Below are positions 26,559-36,235 of a stretch of DNA of 64,000 bases, piece by piece; position 1 is the first letter of the stretch, and each line of letters opens with the position of its first letter. A program made the position numbers and the translations under genes. The notes under the pieces are model-generated. The model was given only the letters and a program-made list of their open reading frames with translations. It was not told the DNA's origin and made no database searches. Source of the stretch: an uncultured Actinomycetota bacterium. GTDB taxonomy: Bacteria > Actinomycetota > Actinomycetes > Mycobacteriales > CADCTP01. The stretch is from positions 2,961,722-3,025,721 of the forward strand of contig OY970235.1 of the NCBI GenBank assembly GCA_963714145.1, in the 5' to 3' direction.

Positions 26559-26650
26559 ACCGTGGGGTCCGCGGGGGCTCGGCCCCCGCGGTCAGCATGA
26601 CGGACGCCACGGCGAGCGCTATCCGCGAGCAAGGTGCACCCAGGCCCGTG
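26559..26650. repeat. Solo copy of the 24431-type repeat (head hairpin plus one unit)
   Basis: caccgtggggtccgcgggggctcggcccccgcggtcagcatgacggacgccacggcgagcgctatccgcgagcaaggtgcaccc. The hairpin at 26569-26591 has a 9-bp stem. It has the same orientation as the 24431 element and again lies just 3' of a minus-strand gene (cysG stop at 26661). Confidence 0.85.
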
Positions 26651-26660
26651 GCCGGTCCGG

Positions 26661-27992
26661 CTACGCCGGTGCTGACCACAGGTCGGCGCGCAGCCGGACC
26701 ACCTCGCCCACCACGACCACCGCGGGCGGCCGCAGCCCGGCCCGGGTGACCTCGGCGGCGACCGTGCCCAGGGTGGCGACCAGCACCTGCTGGTCGGCCC
26801 GGGTCGCGTTGCGGATCACCGCGACCGGGGTGCCGGCCGGCCGGCCGCGCTTGACCAACTCGGTGGCCACCGCGGCCAACTGGTCCAGCGCCATCAGCAG
26901 CACCAGCGTGGCCGGCCCGTCGGCGAGCGCCTGCCAGTCGACGGTGGAGCCGGGACGGGTCGGGTCCAGGTGACCGGAGACGACGGCGAAGTCGGCGGCC
27001 AGGCCGCGGTGGGTGACCGGGATGCCGGCGGCGGCCGGGCCGGCCAGCGCCGAGCTGATCCCGGGCACCACCTCCACCGGGACGCCGGCGGCCACGCAGG
27101 CGGCCACCTCCTCACCACCGCGGCCGAAGACGAACGGGTCGCCGCCCTTGAGCCGGACCACCCGCTTGCCGGCCCGGGCCCGGTCGACCAGCAACGCGTT
27201 GATCTGCTCCTGGGTGGCGCCCTCGCCGTGCGGCGCCTTACCCATGCCGACCACCTCGACGGCCGGGTCCAGCTCGGCCAGCAGCGCCTGCGGGGCCAGC
27301 CGGTCGACCACCACGACGTCCGCCTCGGCCAGCAGCCGCCGGCCCCGGACGGTGATCAGTTCCGGGTCGCCCGGGCCGCCACCGACCAGCGCGACGGAGC
27401 CCACTGGGCCGACCACGCCGCCCGCCAGGCCCGCGACGGAGGCCACTGGTCCGGTCGCCGGCTCGGCCACGGCGCCCGTGGCCGGATCCGCCGCTGAGCC
27501 CGCCTGGCCGGCCACCGGACCCCCGCTCGACGGGCGGCGGTGCCGGACCGGCAGCTGCCCGGCCGCCAGCAGGGACATCACCGCGTCCCGCAGCGCCACC
27601 GCCCGGGCCGGGTCGCCATCGGCGTTCACCGCCACGGTGAGCCCGCCGGAGCGGGCCGTCGCCGGCGTCCGGGCGGTGCCGCCGGCCGCCGCGTCGGCCC
27701 GGACGCAGGGCACCCGGTGCCGTTCCGCCTCGGCCGCCACCGCGGCGTTCACCGCGGGGTCGTCGGTGCAGGCGTGGGCCAGCCAGGCGCCGGCCAAGTC
27801 GCCGTCGGCGTACCGGCGCCGGTGCACGGCGACCCCGAGTGCGGCCAGCGCGGGCAGCACCGACGGGGCGATCACGTGCACCAGCGCGCCGGCCTCGACC
27901 AGGCCACCGGCCCGGCGCAGGGCCACCGCGCCGCCGCCGACCACGACGACCCGGCGACCGGTGAGATCGAGCAGCAGCGGGTAGCCAGTCAC
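26661..27992 (-). CDS. cysG: Siroheme synthase (precorrin-2 dehydrogenase/ferrochelatase domain fused to uroporphyrinogen-III C-methyltransferase)
   Basis: Track ORF 26661..27992. The N-terminal Rossmann motif is RRVVVVGGGAVALRR. The C-terminal SUMT domain has LVGGGPGDPELITVRG and VVRLKGGDPFVFGRGGEE. Confidence 0.85.
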   Translation of the reverse strand: MTGYPLLLDLTGRRVVVVGGGAVALRRAGGLVEAGALVHVIAPSVLPALAALGVAVHRRRYADGDLAGAWLAHACTDDPAVNAAVAAEAERHRVPCVRADAAAGGTARTPATARSGGLTVAVNADGDPARAVALRDAVMSLLAAGQLPVRHRRPSSGGPVAGQAGSAADPATGAVAEPATGPVASVAGLAGGVVGPVGSVALVGGGPGDPELITVRGRRLLAEADVVVVDRLAPQALLAELDPAVEVVGMGKAPHGEGATQEQINALLVDRARAGKRVVRLKGGDPFVFGRGGEEVAACVAAGVPVEVVPGISSALAGPAAAGIPVTHRGLAADFAVVSGHLDPTRPGSTVDWQALADGPATLVLLMALDQLAAVATELVKRGRPAGTPVAVIRNATRADQQVLVATLGTVAAEVTRAGLRPPAVVVVGEVVRLRADLWSAPA

Positions 27993-27999
27993 CGGTACA

Positions 28000-28902
28000 T
28001 CATCCGGTCAGCAGCCCCCGGCGGCGCAAGACCGACCGCTCCAGCGGGGAGAACAGCAGCTGGTCGATCGCGATCCCGACCAGCAGGATCGCGATGATCA
28101 TGCCGAACACCAGGGAGATGTCGCTCAGGTCCCGCCCGGTCTCCAGCAGCTGGCCGAGCCCGGTGCCGAGCCGGGGTGACTGGGCGATCAGTTCGGCGGC
28201 CATCAGCGACCGCCAGGCGAACGCCCAGCCCTGTTTCAGCCCGCCCAGGCAGGCCGGCAGCGCGGCCGGCAGCACGATGTGCCAGGCCGCGCGCAGCCCG
28301 CGGGCACCGAGCACCCGGCCCACCCGGTGGTAGGTGGGCGGGATCTGGTCGATGCCGGAGATCGTGCCGACCGCGATCGACGGCACCGCGCCCATCAGCA
28401 CGACGAAGTAGATCGTCGCCGGGCTGAGCGCGAACCAGACGATGGCGGCTGGCACCCAGGCCACCGAGGGCAGCGTCTGCAGCCCGGAGAGCAGCGGCCG
28501 CAGCGCCGCCCGCAGCGGCCAGACCCGGGCCACCAGCAGGCCGAGCGGCAGGCCGATGGCGATCGCGATGGCGAAGCCGAGCAGCCCGCGGGAGACGCTG
28601 AGCCAGACCGCGTGCTGCAGCGTCCCGTCCTGCCACTGCTCGCGCAGCGAGCCCCAGACGTCGCCGATCGACGGCAGCGTGTACCGCGGCTTCACCTTGG
28701 CCCAGACCAGGATCTGCCAGGCCAGCAGGATCAGCCCGATCGCGACCAGCGGCGGCAGCACGCTCCGGGCCAGCCGCTGGCCGACCGACCGGTGGTCCGG
28801 GTCGACCGCGGTGAGCTCGTCCAGCCCCCGCTCCAGCGAGTCCAGGCTCTGGTCGGGCGCCGGGTCGGCGCTCACGCCGCCGACCGGGCCGTCAGCGGGC
28901 AT
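28000..28902 (-). CDS. ABC transporter permease, NitT/TauT (sulfonate/nitrate/taurine) type
   Basis: Track ORF 28000..28902. It is a polytopic protein with a conserved permease loop region (...GARGLRAAWHIVLPAALPA...). It sits in an operon with the ATPase and the binding protein. Confidence 0.8.
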   Translation of the reverse strand: MPADGPVGGVSADPAPDQSLDSLERGLDELTAVDPDHRSVGQRLARSVLPPLVAIGLILLAWQILVWAKVKPRYTLPSIGDVWGSLREQWQDGTLQHAVWLSVSRGLLGFAIAIAIGLPLGLLVARVWPLRAALRPLLSGLQTLPSVAWVPAAIVWFALSPATIYFVVLMGAVPSIAVGTISGIDQIPPTYHRVGRVLGARGLRAAWHIVLPAALPACLGGLKQGWAFAWRSLMAAELIAQSPRLGTGLGQLLETGRDLSDISLVFGMIIAILLVGIAIDQLLFSPLERSVLRRRGLLTG

Positions 28903-29707
28903 GGCGCCGGATCTCGTCCCGCAGCTGGTCGGTGATCTCGGCGGCCACCTCGGCCACGTCCAGCGCCTCGATGCCGCGCGGGCCCTCCGGCGCGACGTCC
29001 CACTCCCGGATGATCCGGCCGGGCCGGGACGACATCAGCACCACCCGCTGGCCGAGCCGGACCGCCTCGTGCACGTTGTGCGTGACGAAGACGACGCTGA
29101 CCCCGGTCTCCCGCCAGACCCGGGCCAGCTCCTCGTGCAGCACGTCGCGGGTGATCGCGTCCAGCGCGGCGAACGGCTCGTCCATCAGCAGCACCGGGGA
29201 GCGCTGCGCCAGCGCCCGGGCCAGCGCCACCCGCTGCCGCATCCCACCGGACAGCTGGTGCGGCCGCTGCTGGCCGACGCCGTCGAGCCGGACCAGGCGG
29301 AGCAGCTCCAGCGCCTGCGCCCGGCGCTCGGCCCGCGGCACGCCGCGCAGCCGGAGCGCCAGCTCGACGTTGCCGGCGGCGGTCAGCCAGGGCAGCAGCG
29401 CCGAGTCCTGGAACATCAGCGCCGGCCGGTCGCCGGCCACCGACAGCGTGCCGGCGGTCGGCTTCTCCAGCCCGGCCAGCAGCGCCAGCAGGGTCGACTT
29501 GCCGCAGCCGGACGCGCCGATCAGGCAGACGAACTCGCCCGGCGCCACGGTCAGGCTGACCTCCTCCAGCACCGCCGGGCCGCGGCCGAACCGCTTGACC
29601 AGGTGTTCCACCCGCACCGCGGGTGTGCCGGCCGGGACCTCCGCCGCGGCCCGAACGGCCTCGGTCTGCATCGCCGCCGGCACCGTCCGCATCGCCGTCA
29701 TGCTCAC
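28892..29707 (-). CDS. ABC transporter ATP-binding protein
   Basis: This is the 3' part of track ORF 28892..30169. Walker A is GASGCGKST, the ABC signature is LSGGMRQR, and Walker B is LLMDEPF. GTG 29707 overlaps the binding-protein stop (GTGA); ATG 29701 is an alternative start. Confidence 0.88.
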   Translation of the reverse strand: MSMTAMRTVPAAMQTEAVRAAAEVPAGTPAVRVEHLVKRFGRGPAVLEEVSLTVAPGEFVCLIGASGCGKSTLLALLAGLEKPTAGTLSVAGDRPALMFQDSALLPWLTAAGNVELALRLRGVPRAERRAQALELLRLVRLDGVGQQRPHQLSGGMRQRVALARALAQRSPVLLMDEPFAALDAITRDVLHEELARVWRETGVSVVFVTHNVHEAVRLGQRVVLMSSRPGRIIREWDVAPEGPRGIEALDVAEVAAEITDQLRDEIRRHAR

Positions 29708-30798
29708 CCGCCACCCTTCCCCAGGCCCGCGTCGTCGATCTTGGCGCCGCCCCGGGCGGCCAGCACCTCGCTGAGCAGCTTCAGGTCGTAGATTCCCTTG
29801 AGGTCGACGGCCTTCAGCAGGCCGGCGCCGACCGCGTCGTCCGCGGACTTCTTCAGCGAAGACGCCACCGGGTCGTTGGTGATCTCGATGTTCGACCAGG
29901 CCCGGTCGAGCACGTTGTCCTTCAGCGCCTTCTTGGTGATCCGCTTGATCTCCGCGTTCACCGTGGTCTTCGCCGCCGCGGTGTTCGCCGCGATCCAGTC
30001 GGTGGTGTCGACCTGGCCCTCCAGCAGCGCCTTCACCGTCTCCGGGTACTTGTCCAGGAACTGGCTGCGGACGATCAGGTGGGTGGTGACGAACTTGCCG
30101 CCGGGCCACAGCGTCTTCTCGTCCACCAGCACCTTGCCGCCGCCGTCGAGCACCAGCCGGGACGCCCACGGCTCCGGCACCCAGCCGCCGTCGATCTTCT
30201 TGTCCTGGAACAGCTGCAGCGTGGTCGCGTTGTCGGTCGGCTCGACCTGGACGTCACCCTGCTCGCTCTGGCTGGACGGGGTCAGCCCGTTCTTCTTGAG
30301 CCAGGCCCGCAGCGCCACGTCCTGGGTGTTGCCCAGCTGCGGCGTGGCCAGCCGCTTGCCCTTGAGGTCGGCGACGCTGTTGATGCCGGGCTGGACGACC
30401 AGCGAGGCGCCACCGGAGGTGGCCCCGGCGATGATCCGGATCTCGCCGTGGCTCTTCGCCCAGGCGTTGATCGCCGGGTTCGGGCCGAGGTAACCGGCGT
30501 CCAGGCCGCCGGCGAACAGCGCCTCCACCTCGGCCGGCCCGGCGTTGAAGGTCTGCGTCTCCAGCGCGGTGGAACCCAGCCGCTTGGTGTAGAAGCCCTT
30601 GGCCACGCCGACCAGCGGGGTGGCGTGGGTGACGTTCGGGAAGTAGCCGAGCCGGATCTTGGCGGCGGTGCCGGGCGAGGCGCCGGCGGCGGTGTCGTCG
30701 CCGCCGCCGCAGGCGGCCAGCCCGCCGAGGACGGCGAGCGCGGTGGTGGCCAACGCGGCAAGGCGGAACCGGGATGGACGGGGGCGGTCGGTAGTCAT
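29704..30798 (-). CDS. ABC substrate-binding lipoprotein, NitT/TauT type
   Basis: Track ORF 29704..30798. It has a signal peptide and lipobox (LAVLGGLAACGGG) and a periplasmic binding fold typical of sulfonate/taurine binders. Confidence 0.8.
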   Translation of the reverse strand: MTTDRPRPSRFRLAALATTALAVLGGLAACGGGDDTAAGASPGTAAKIRLGYFPNVTHATPLVGVAKGFYTKRLGSTALETQTFNAGPAEVEALFAGGLDAGYLGPNPAINAWAKSHGEIRIIAGATSGGASLVVQPGINSVADLKGKRLATPQLGNTQDVALRAWLKKNGLTPSSQSEQGDVQVEPTDNATTLQLFQDKKIDGGWVPEPWASRLVLDGGGKVLVDEKTLWPGGKFVTTHLIVRSQFLDKYPETVKALLEGQVDTTDWIAANTAAAKTTVNAEIKRITKKALKDNVLDRAWSNIEITNDPVASSLKKSADDAVGAGLLKAVDLKGIYDLKLLSEVLAARGGAKIDDAGLGKGGG

Positions 30799-30834
30799 CG
30801 CGCAAGGTCTCCCAGCGGAAGGGTTAGCGGGGGA

Positions 30835-32133
30835 TCAGTCAGTGCCGGGTGGACATCGCTGCTCGGTCACCATGCCGGCGCCCGCGCTGGCGCCGGTCAG
30901 CTCATCGACCAGCAGCAGCCCGCCGGTGCGCCGGCTGGCCGCGTACGGGTCGACCACCAGTGGCTCGGCGGTCCGCAGCGTGACCGTGCCGATGTCGTTC
31001 AGCGCCAGCGTGCCGGCCGGCCGGGACTCGCCGGTGGTCACGTCCAGCACGCTGGTCACCTCGGTGACGACCGCGCGGACGTCCCGGGTGGCCTGCCGCA
31101 GCCGCCAGCGCGAGCCGGCGGCCAGTGGTTCGGTGGCCAGCCAGCAGACCGTGGCGGTGATCTCCCGGGTCACCGCCGGCGGCCGGCCGGCGCCGGTCAG
31201 CAGGTCACCGCGGGAGATGTCCAGGTCGTCGGCCAGCCGGAGCACCACCGAGCGGCCGGCGGCGGCCTCGTCCAGCGGGCCGTCGTAGGTGTCGATGCCG
31301 ACCACCGTGGTGCTCGCCCCGGCCGGCAGTACGGTGACCGCGTCGCCGACCCGCACGGTGCCGGCGGCGACCCGGCCGGAGTAGCCGCGGTAGTCCGGGT
31401 ACGCCGCGGTCCGCGGCCGCACCACCAGCTGCACCGGGAACCGCCAGCCCAGCGCCGGGTCGTCGGTGCCGGGCACCGGCAGCGTCTCCAGCAGCTCCAG
31501 CAGCGGCGGGCCGGCGTACCAGCCGGTGTTCGCCGACCGGTCCACCACGTTGTCACCGAGCAGCGCCGAGATCGGCACCGCCGACCAGGACCGCACCCCG
31601 CGCCGGTCGGCCAGCGCGGCGAAGTCGGCCAGGATCGTGTCGAACACGTCCTCGGACCAGCCGACCAGGTCCATCTTGTTCACCGCGAGCACCAGGTGCC
31701 CGACGCCCAGCAGCGCGGCGATCGTGGCGTGCCGGCGGGATTGCTCGATCAGGCCGGCCCGGGCGTCCACCAGCACGACGGCCACGTCCGCGGTGGACGC
31801 GCCGGTCACCATGTTGCGGGTGTACTGCACGTGCCCCGGCGTGTCGGCGAGCACGAACGAGCGGTGCGCGGTGGCGAAGTACCGGTACGCCACGTCGATC
31901 GTGATGCCCTGTTCCCGCTCCGCGCGCAGGCCGTCCACCAGCAGCGCGAGGTCGGCGTCCGGGTAGCCGCGGCGGCGGCTGGCGTCCTGCACCGCGGTGA
32001 GCTGGTCGGCCAGCACCGCCTTGGCGTCGTACAGCAGCCGGCCGATCAGCGTGCTCTTGCCGTCGTCCACCGAGCCCGCGGTGGCTACCCGCAGCAGCCG
32101 GGACTGCTCCACGCCCGGGATCACGGCGGTCAT
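30835..32133 (-). CDS. cysN: Sulfate adenylyltransferase subunit 1 (GTPase)
   Basis: Track ORF 30835..32133. G-motifs are GSVDDGKST, DTPGH and NKMD. Confidence 0.9.
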   Translation of the reverse strand: MTAVIPGVEQSRLLRVATAGSVDDGKSTLIGRLLYDAKAVLADQLTAVQDASRRRGYPDADLALLVDGLRAEREQGITIDVAYRYFATAHRSFVLADTPGHVQYTRNMVTGASTADVAVVLVDARAGLIEQSRRHATIAALLGVGHLVLAVNKMDLVGWSEDVFDTILADFAALADRRGVRSWSAVPISALLGDNVVDRSANTGWYAGPPLLELLETLPVPGTDDPALGWRFPVQLVVRPRTAAYPDYRGYSGRVAAGTVRVGDAVTVLPAGASTTVVGIDTYDGPLDEAAAGRSVVLRLADDLDISRGDLLTGAGRPPAVTREITATVCWLATEPLAAGSRWRLRQATRDVRAVVTEVTSVLDVTTGESRPAGTLALNDIGTVTLRTAEPLVVDPYAASRRTGGLLLVDELTGASAGAGMVTEQRCPPGTD

Positions 32134-33044
32134 CAGAAGTACCCCTCGCGCTTGCGGTCCTCCATCGCGGCCTCGCTGGCCCGGTCATCGGCCCGGGTGG
32201 CGCCGCGCTCGGTGATCGTGGAGACCGCGGTCTCGGTCACCACCTCGTCCACGGTGGCCGCGCCGGACCGCACCGCGCCGGTGCAGGTGGCGTCGCCGAC
32301 CGTGCGGTAGCGGACGGTCTCCCGGCGGACCACCTCGCCGGCCCGCGGCTGGGTCCACTCGGTGACCGCGAGCAGCATGCCGTCCCGCTCGAACACGTCC
32401 CGGCCGTGCGCGTAGTAGATCGACGGCACCTCGATCCGCTCGGCCCGGATGTAGCGCCAGATGTCCAGCTCGGTCCAGTTCGACAGCGGGAAGACGCGGA
32501 CGTGCTCGCCCGGCGCGTGCCGGCCGTTGTAGAGGTCCCAGAGCTCGGGGCGCTGGTTGCGCGGGTTCCACTGGCCGAACTCGTCCCGGACCGAGAAGAC
32601 CCGCTCCTTGGCCCGGGCCCGCTCCTCGTCCCGGCGGGCGCCGCCGAGCACCGCGTCGAACCGGTGCGTGGCGATGCCGTCCAGCAGCGTCACCGTCTGC
32701 AGCGGGTTGCGGGACTGCCCGGCCCGCTCCCGCACCCGGCCGGTGTCGATCGACGCCTGGACGCTGGCCACGACCAGCTGGACGTCCAGCTCGGCCACCC
32801 GCCGGTCCCGGAACTCGATCACCTCGGGGAAGTTGTGACCGGTGTCGATGTGCATCACCGGGAACGGGACGCGGGCCGGCCAGAGCGCCTTCTCGGCCAA
32901 CCGGAGCAGCACGATCGAGTCCTTGCCGCCGCTGAACAGCAGCACCGGCCGCTCGAACGTGGCCACCACCTCGCGCAGGATGTGCACCGACTCGTCTTCA
33001 AGATCGGTCAACGACGTGCGCTCGACTCCCAGCAGGGTCGTCAT
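32133..33044 (-). CDS. cysD: Sulfate adenylyltransferase subunit 2
   Basis: This is the 3' 303 codons of track ORF 32133..33434. Motifs: MTTLLGVERTSLTDLEDESVHILREV, LLFSGGKDS. ATG 33044 overlaps the cysC stop (ATGA), and the stop shares one nt with the cysN ATG. Confidence 0.9.
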   Translation of the reverse strand: MTTLLGVERTSLTDLEDESVHILREVVATFERPVLLFSGGKDSIVLLRLAEKALWPARVPFPVMHIDTGHNFPEVIEFRDRRVAELDVQLVVASVQASIDTGRVRERAGQSRNPLQTVTLLDGIATHRFDAVLGGARRDEERARAKERVFSVRDEFGQWNPRNQRPELWDLYNGRHAPGEHVRVFPLSNWTELDIWRYIRAERIEVPSIYYAHGRDVFERDGMLLAVTEWTQPRAGEVVRRETVRYRTVGDATCTGAVRSGAATVDEVVTETAVSTITERGATRADDRASEAAMEDRKREGYF

Positions 33045-33715
33045 GCCAGCCCCCGTTCGGTGAGGGCGGCGAGGACGGCCGCGGCGGTCTGGTCGACGGT
33101 GCCGGTGGTCTCGACCCGCAGTTCGGGCGCGGCCGGCGGCTCGTACGGGTCGTCCACTCCGGTCAGGCCGGTCAGCTCGCCGGCCCGCTGCCGGGCGTAC
33201 AGGCCCTTCACGTCCCGGGCCGCGCACTCCCGCACCGGGGTGGCCACGTGCACCTCCAGGAACGCCACGCCGGCCGCGGCGTGCCGGGCCCGGACGGCGT
33301 CCCGGGCGGCGGCGTACGGCGAGATCACCGGCGCCAGCGCGATCACCCCGTGCTTGGCCAGCAGCGCGGCGACGAAACCGATCCGGGTCACGTTGGTGTC
33401 CCGGTCGGCGCGGGAGAAGCCGAGGTCCGCGCACAGCGACTCGCGGACCACGTCGCCGTCCAGCACCTCGACCCGGCGGCCGCGGCGGGTCAGCTCGGCG
33501 GCGACGGCCCGGGCCACGGTGGTCTTGCCGGCGCTGGGCAGCCCGGTCAGCCAGACGGTGCCGCCCGGTTGGTCGGCCGGCGCGCCGGCAGAATCCGCCG
33601 GCGCGTCGGCCTGGTCAGCCGGATCCGCCGGCTGTTGGCCGGTGGTCGGCAGGGTGGTCGCGGTGGTCACGGACGCTCCCGTCGGTGGATGCAGCGGGCG
33701 GGGTGCCAGGCGCAT
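33041..33715 (-). CDS. cysC: Adenylylsulfate (APS) kinase
   Basis: Track ORF 33041..33715. P-loop GLPSAGKTT, then VLDGDVVRESL. In-frame GTG 33670 with a GGGAG SD is an equally plausible start. Confidence 0.85.
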   Translation of the reverse strand: MRLAPRPLHPPTGASVTTATTLPTTGQQPADPADQADAPADSAGAPADQPGGTVWLTGLPSAGKTTVARAVAAELTRRGRRVEVLDGDVVRESLCADLGFSRADRDTNVTRIGFVAALLAKHGVIALAPVISPYAAARDAVRARHAAAGVAFLEVHVATPVRECAARDVKGLYARQRAGELTGLTGVDDPYEPPAAPELRVETTGTVDQTAAAVLAALTERGLA

Positions 33716-34127
33716 CCGGTCGGGAGCGGGGAGTAAGCCGCACCAGGCCGGTTAGCCCGGCCGGGTCGACGAGGTTTCAGCGTGTCGCTGTCTGGGTGGT
33801 CGACCCGGTCACCGGGGGCGACACACCATGCTGGAGACGCGCAGCAGATCAACGTGCAGGCGCGCAACGAGTCCAGCTGAATACAGCATGCTAGAAATCC
33901 TGACACAGGCAGCCGGTCGCGTCGAGCGACTCCGGCCACTACCCGCCGCCCACCGGCCGCATCCGGTCGCCCCTGACTCCGCCGCTGTGCGATTCTGGAT
34001 GCCGTGACGTCCGCTGGCGTACCGCTGGTGGCCCGGCTGCACATCGACCTGCAGCGGGTCGGCAGTGCGGCATGTCCGGAACTGCGCGCATAACCGGCAT
34101 CCCGTCGTATCGGAAGGACCTCCGCGC

Positions 34128-35783
34128 ATGCCGCGCACCGGACCGGGCGTTGGGCAGGGCCAGTGGGCCCTGGGCTACCGCGAGCCGCTGAACCCGAACG
34201 AGCGGACGAAGAAGGACGACGACCCGCTCAACGTCAAGCGGCGCATCCTCGACATCTACCAGCACACCGGCTTCGCCGGCATCGACCCGGCCGACCTGCG
34301 CGGCCGTTTCCGCTGGTACGGCCTCTACACCCAGCGGGCGGCCGGCATCCCCGGCGGCCGCACCGCGGTGCTGGAACCCGAAGAGCTCGAAGACGAGTAC
34401 TTCATGCTCCGGGTCCGGATCGACGGCGGGCTGCTGTCCAGCGAGCAGCTGCGGGTGGTGGCCGGGATCGCCACCGAGTTCGGCCGGGACGTGGCCGATA
34501 TCACAGATCGGCAGAACGTCCAGCTGCACTGGATCCGGATCGAGGACGTGCCGGAGATCTGGCGCCGGCTGGACGCGGTCGGCCTGGACACCACCGAGGC
34601 CTGCGGCGACACCCCGCGCGTCATCCTCGGCTGCCCGCTGGCCGGGGTGGCCGCCGACGAGGTGCTGGACGCGACCGCGGCGCTGCACGCGGTGCGCGAG
34701 CGCTACATCGGCGACCCGGCGTTCTCCAACCTGCCGCGCAAGTACAAGACCTCGATCTCCGGCTGCGCCCGGCACTGCACCAACCACGAGATCAACGACG
34801 TCTCGTTCGTCGGCGTCCCCGGCCCGGACGGCACCCCCGGCTACGACCTCTGGGTCGGCGGCGGGCTGTCCACCAACCCGCGGTTCGCGGTCCGGCTCGG
34901 CGCGTTCGTGGAGCCGGACCGGGTCGCCCCGGTCTGGGCCGGGGTCACCTCGGTGTTCCGGGACTACGGCTACCGCCGGTCCCGGATCCACGCCCGGCTG
35001 AAGTTCCTGCTCGCCGACTGGGGCCCGGAGCGGTTCCGCGAGGTGCTGGAGAAGGAGTACCTGGAGGCGCCGCTGCCGGACGGCCCGCCGCCGGCCGCGT
35101 ACAGCGGGCCGCGCGGTCACGCCGGCGTGACCGCGCAGGCCGACGGCCGGTCGGCGGTCGGCTTCGCGCTGCGGGCCGGCCGGACCAGCGGCGCCCAGCT
35201 GTCCCGGGTGGCCGAGCTGGCCGACGGGTACGCCGGCAGCCGGATCCGGACCACCGCGCAGCAGCAGCTGGTGATCACCGACGTGCCGGCCGACCGGGTC
35301 GAGCCGCTGGCCGGCGCGCTGGCCGCGGAGAACCTGCCGGTGCGCCCGTCCGCGTTCCGGGCCGGCACGATGGCCTGCACCGGCATCGAGTTCTGCAAGC
35401 TCGCGATCGTCGAGACGAAGGTCCGGGCCGAGGAGCTGTACGCCGAACTGGAGCGGCGGCTGCCGGACTTCGACACCCCGGTCACGATCAACCTGAACGG
35501 CTGCCCCAACTCGTGCGCCCGGTTCCAGGTCGCCGACATCGGCTTCAAGGGCTCGGTCGCCCGCGGCCCGGACGGCGGCGACGTCGAGGTCTACCAGGTG
35601 CACCTCGGCGGCCACCTCGGCGGCGACGCGGCGCTGGGGCGCAAGTTCCGCGGCCTCAAGGTGGACGCCGACCACGCCGCCGACTACATCGAGCGGGTGC
35701 TGCGCGGCTACCAGTCGCGCCGCGAGCCGGGCGAGGCGTTCGCCGGCTACGTCGCCCGCGCCGACGAAGCCTGGCTCAGGTGA
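34128..35783 (+). CDS. Ferredoxin-dependent sulfite reductase (NirA/SirA type, siroheme plus 4Fe-4S)
   Basis: Track ORF 34065..35783; I chose ATG 34128 (GGAAGGA SD). Cluster cysteines are in MACTGIEFCKLA...NGCPNSCAR. Confidence 0.88.
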   Translation: MPRTGPGVGQGQWALGYREPLNPNERTKKDDDPLNVKRRILDIYQHTGFAGIDPADLRGRFRWYGLYTQRAAGIPGGRTAVLEPEELEDEYFMLRVRIDGGLLSSEQLRVVAGIATEFGRDVADITDRQNVQLHWIRIEDVPEIWRRLDAVGLDTTEACGDTPRVILGCPLAGVAADEVLDATAALHAVRERYIGDPAFSNLPRKYKTSISGCARHCTNHEINDVSFVGVPGPDGTPGYDLWVGGGLSTNPRFAVRLGAFVEPDRVAPVWAGVTSVFRDYGYRRSRIHARLKFLLADWGPERFREVLEKEYLEAPLPDGPPPAAYSGPRGHAGVTAQADGRSAVGFALRAGRTSGAQLSRVAELADGYAGSRIRTTAQQQLVITDVPADRVEPLAGALAAENLPVRPSAFRAGTMACTGIEFCKLAIVETKVRAEELYAELERRLPDFDTPVTINLNGCPNSCARFQVADIGFKGSVARGPDGGDVEVYQVHLGGHLGGDAALGRKFRGLKVDADHAADYIERVLRGYQSRREPGEAFAGYVARADEAWLR

Positions 35784-35854
35784 GCTCCGCTCACCGGGAG
35801 ACTCAGTGAGCGGACACCAGCCGATGCGGTCGGCCTTGCGCACCGGGAGGGATA

Positions 35855-36079
35855 GTGGCGCACGCTCCGCCGTTCTACTGCCCGTACTGCGGGGATGAGG
35901 ATCTGCGGCCGTTCGGGGAGAAGCACGGCGACTGGCGCTGCGGCGCCTGCCGGCGCGTCTTCACGCTGCGCTTCGTCGGGCTGGCGCGGCCGGACGGGAC
36001 GGCGGTGACCGGCGACGCGCCGGCCGGCGGGTCGGTGGCCGGCATAGTCGCGGAGGTCGACGGGTTGGGCCGGACATGA
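35855..36079 (+). CDS. Small Zn-ribbon protein (CPYC...CGAC) between the sulfite reductase gene and cysH
   Basis: Track ORF 35855..36079: MAHAPPFYCPYCGDEDLRPFGEKHGDWRCGACRRVFTLRF. A GGGAGGG SD precedes the start. A small gene occupies this position in other actinomycete cys clusters, as far as I recall. Confidence 0.6.
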   Translation: MAHAPPFYCPYCGDEDLRPFGEKHGDWRCGACRRVFTLRFVGLARPDGTAVTGDAPAGGSVAGIVAEVDGLGRT

Positions 36080-36234
36080 GCGAGCTTGCGAGCGAATCAG
36101 GCAGCACGGTGCGCTCGTGTCTCATGACGGGTCCGAGCGCCAGCGAGGAGCCGGCATGAGCGAGCTTGCGAGCGAATCAGGGAGCACAGTGCGCTCGTGT
36201 CTCATGACGGGTCCGAGCGCCAGCGAGGAGCCGG
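36075..36234 (+). repeat. 80-bp tandem duplication (78/80 identical), each unit carrying an SD, an ATG and an overlapping TGA
   Basis: The units span 36075-36154 and 36155-36234, and the head CATGAGC recurs at 36235. See the first finding for the mini-ORF relay. Confidence 0.95.
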
Positions 36235-36235
36235 C

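Noticed and set aside
36197-36235. The longer cysH start at GTG 36197 (from the track ORF).
   Set aside because: It would begin inside the second 80-bp repeat unit with no SD, whereas ATG 36236 has GAGGAG at 6 nt and gives a normal CysH N-terminus. It is not excluded experimentally.
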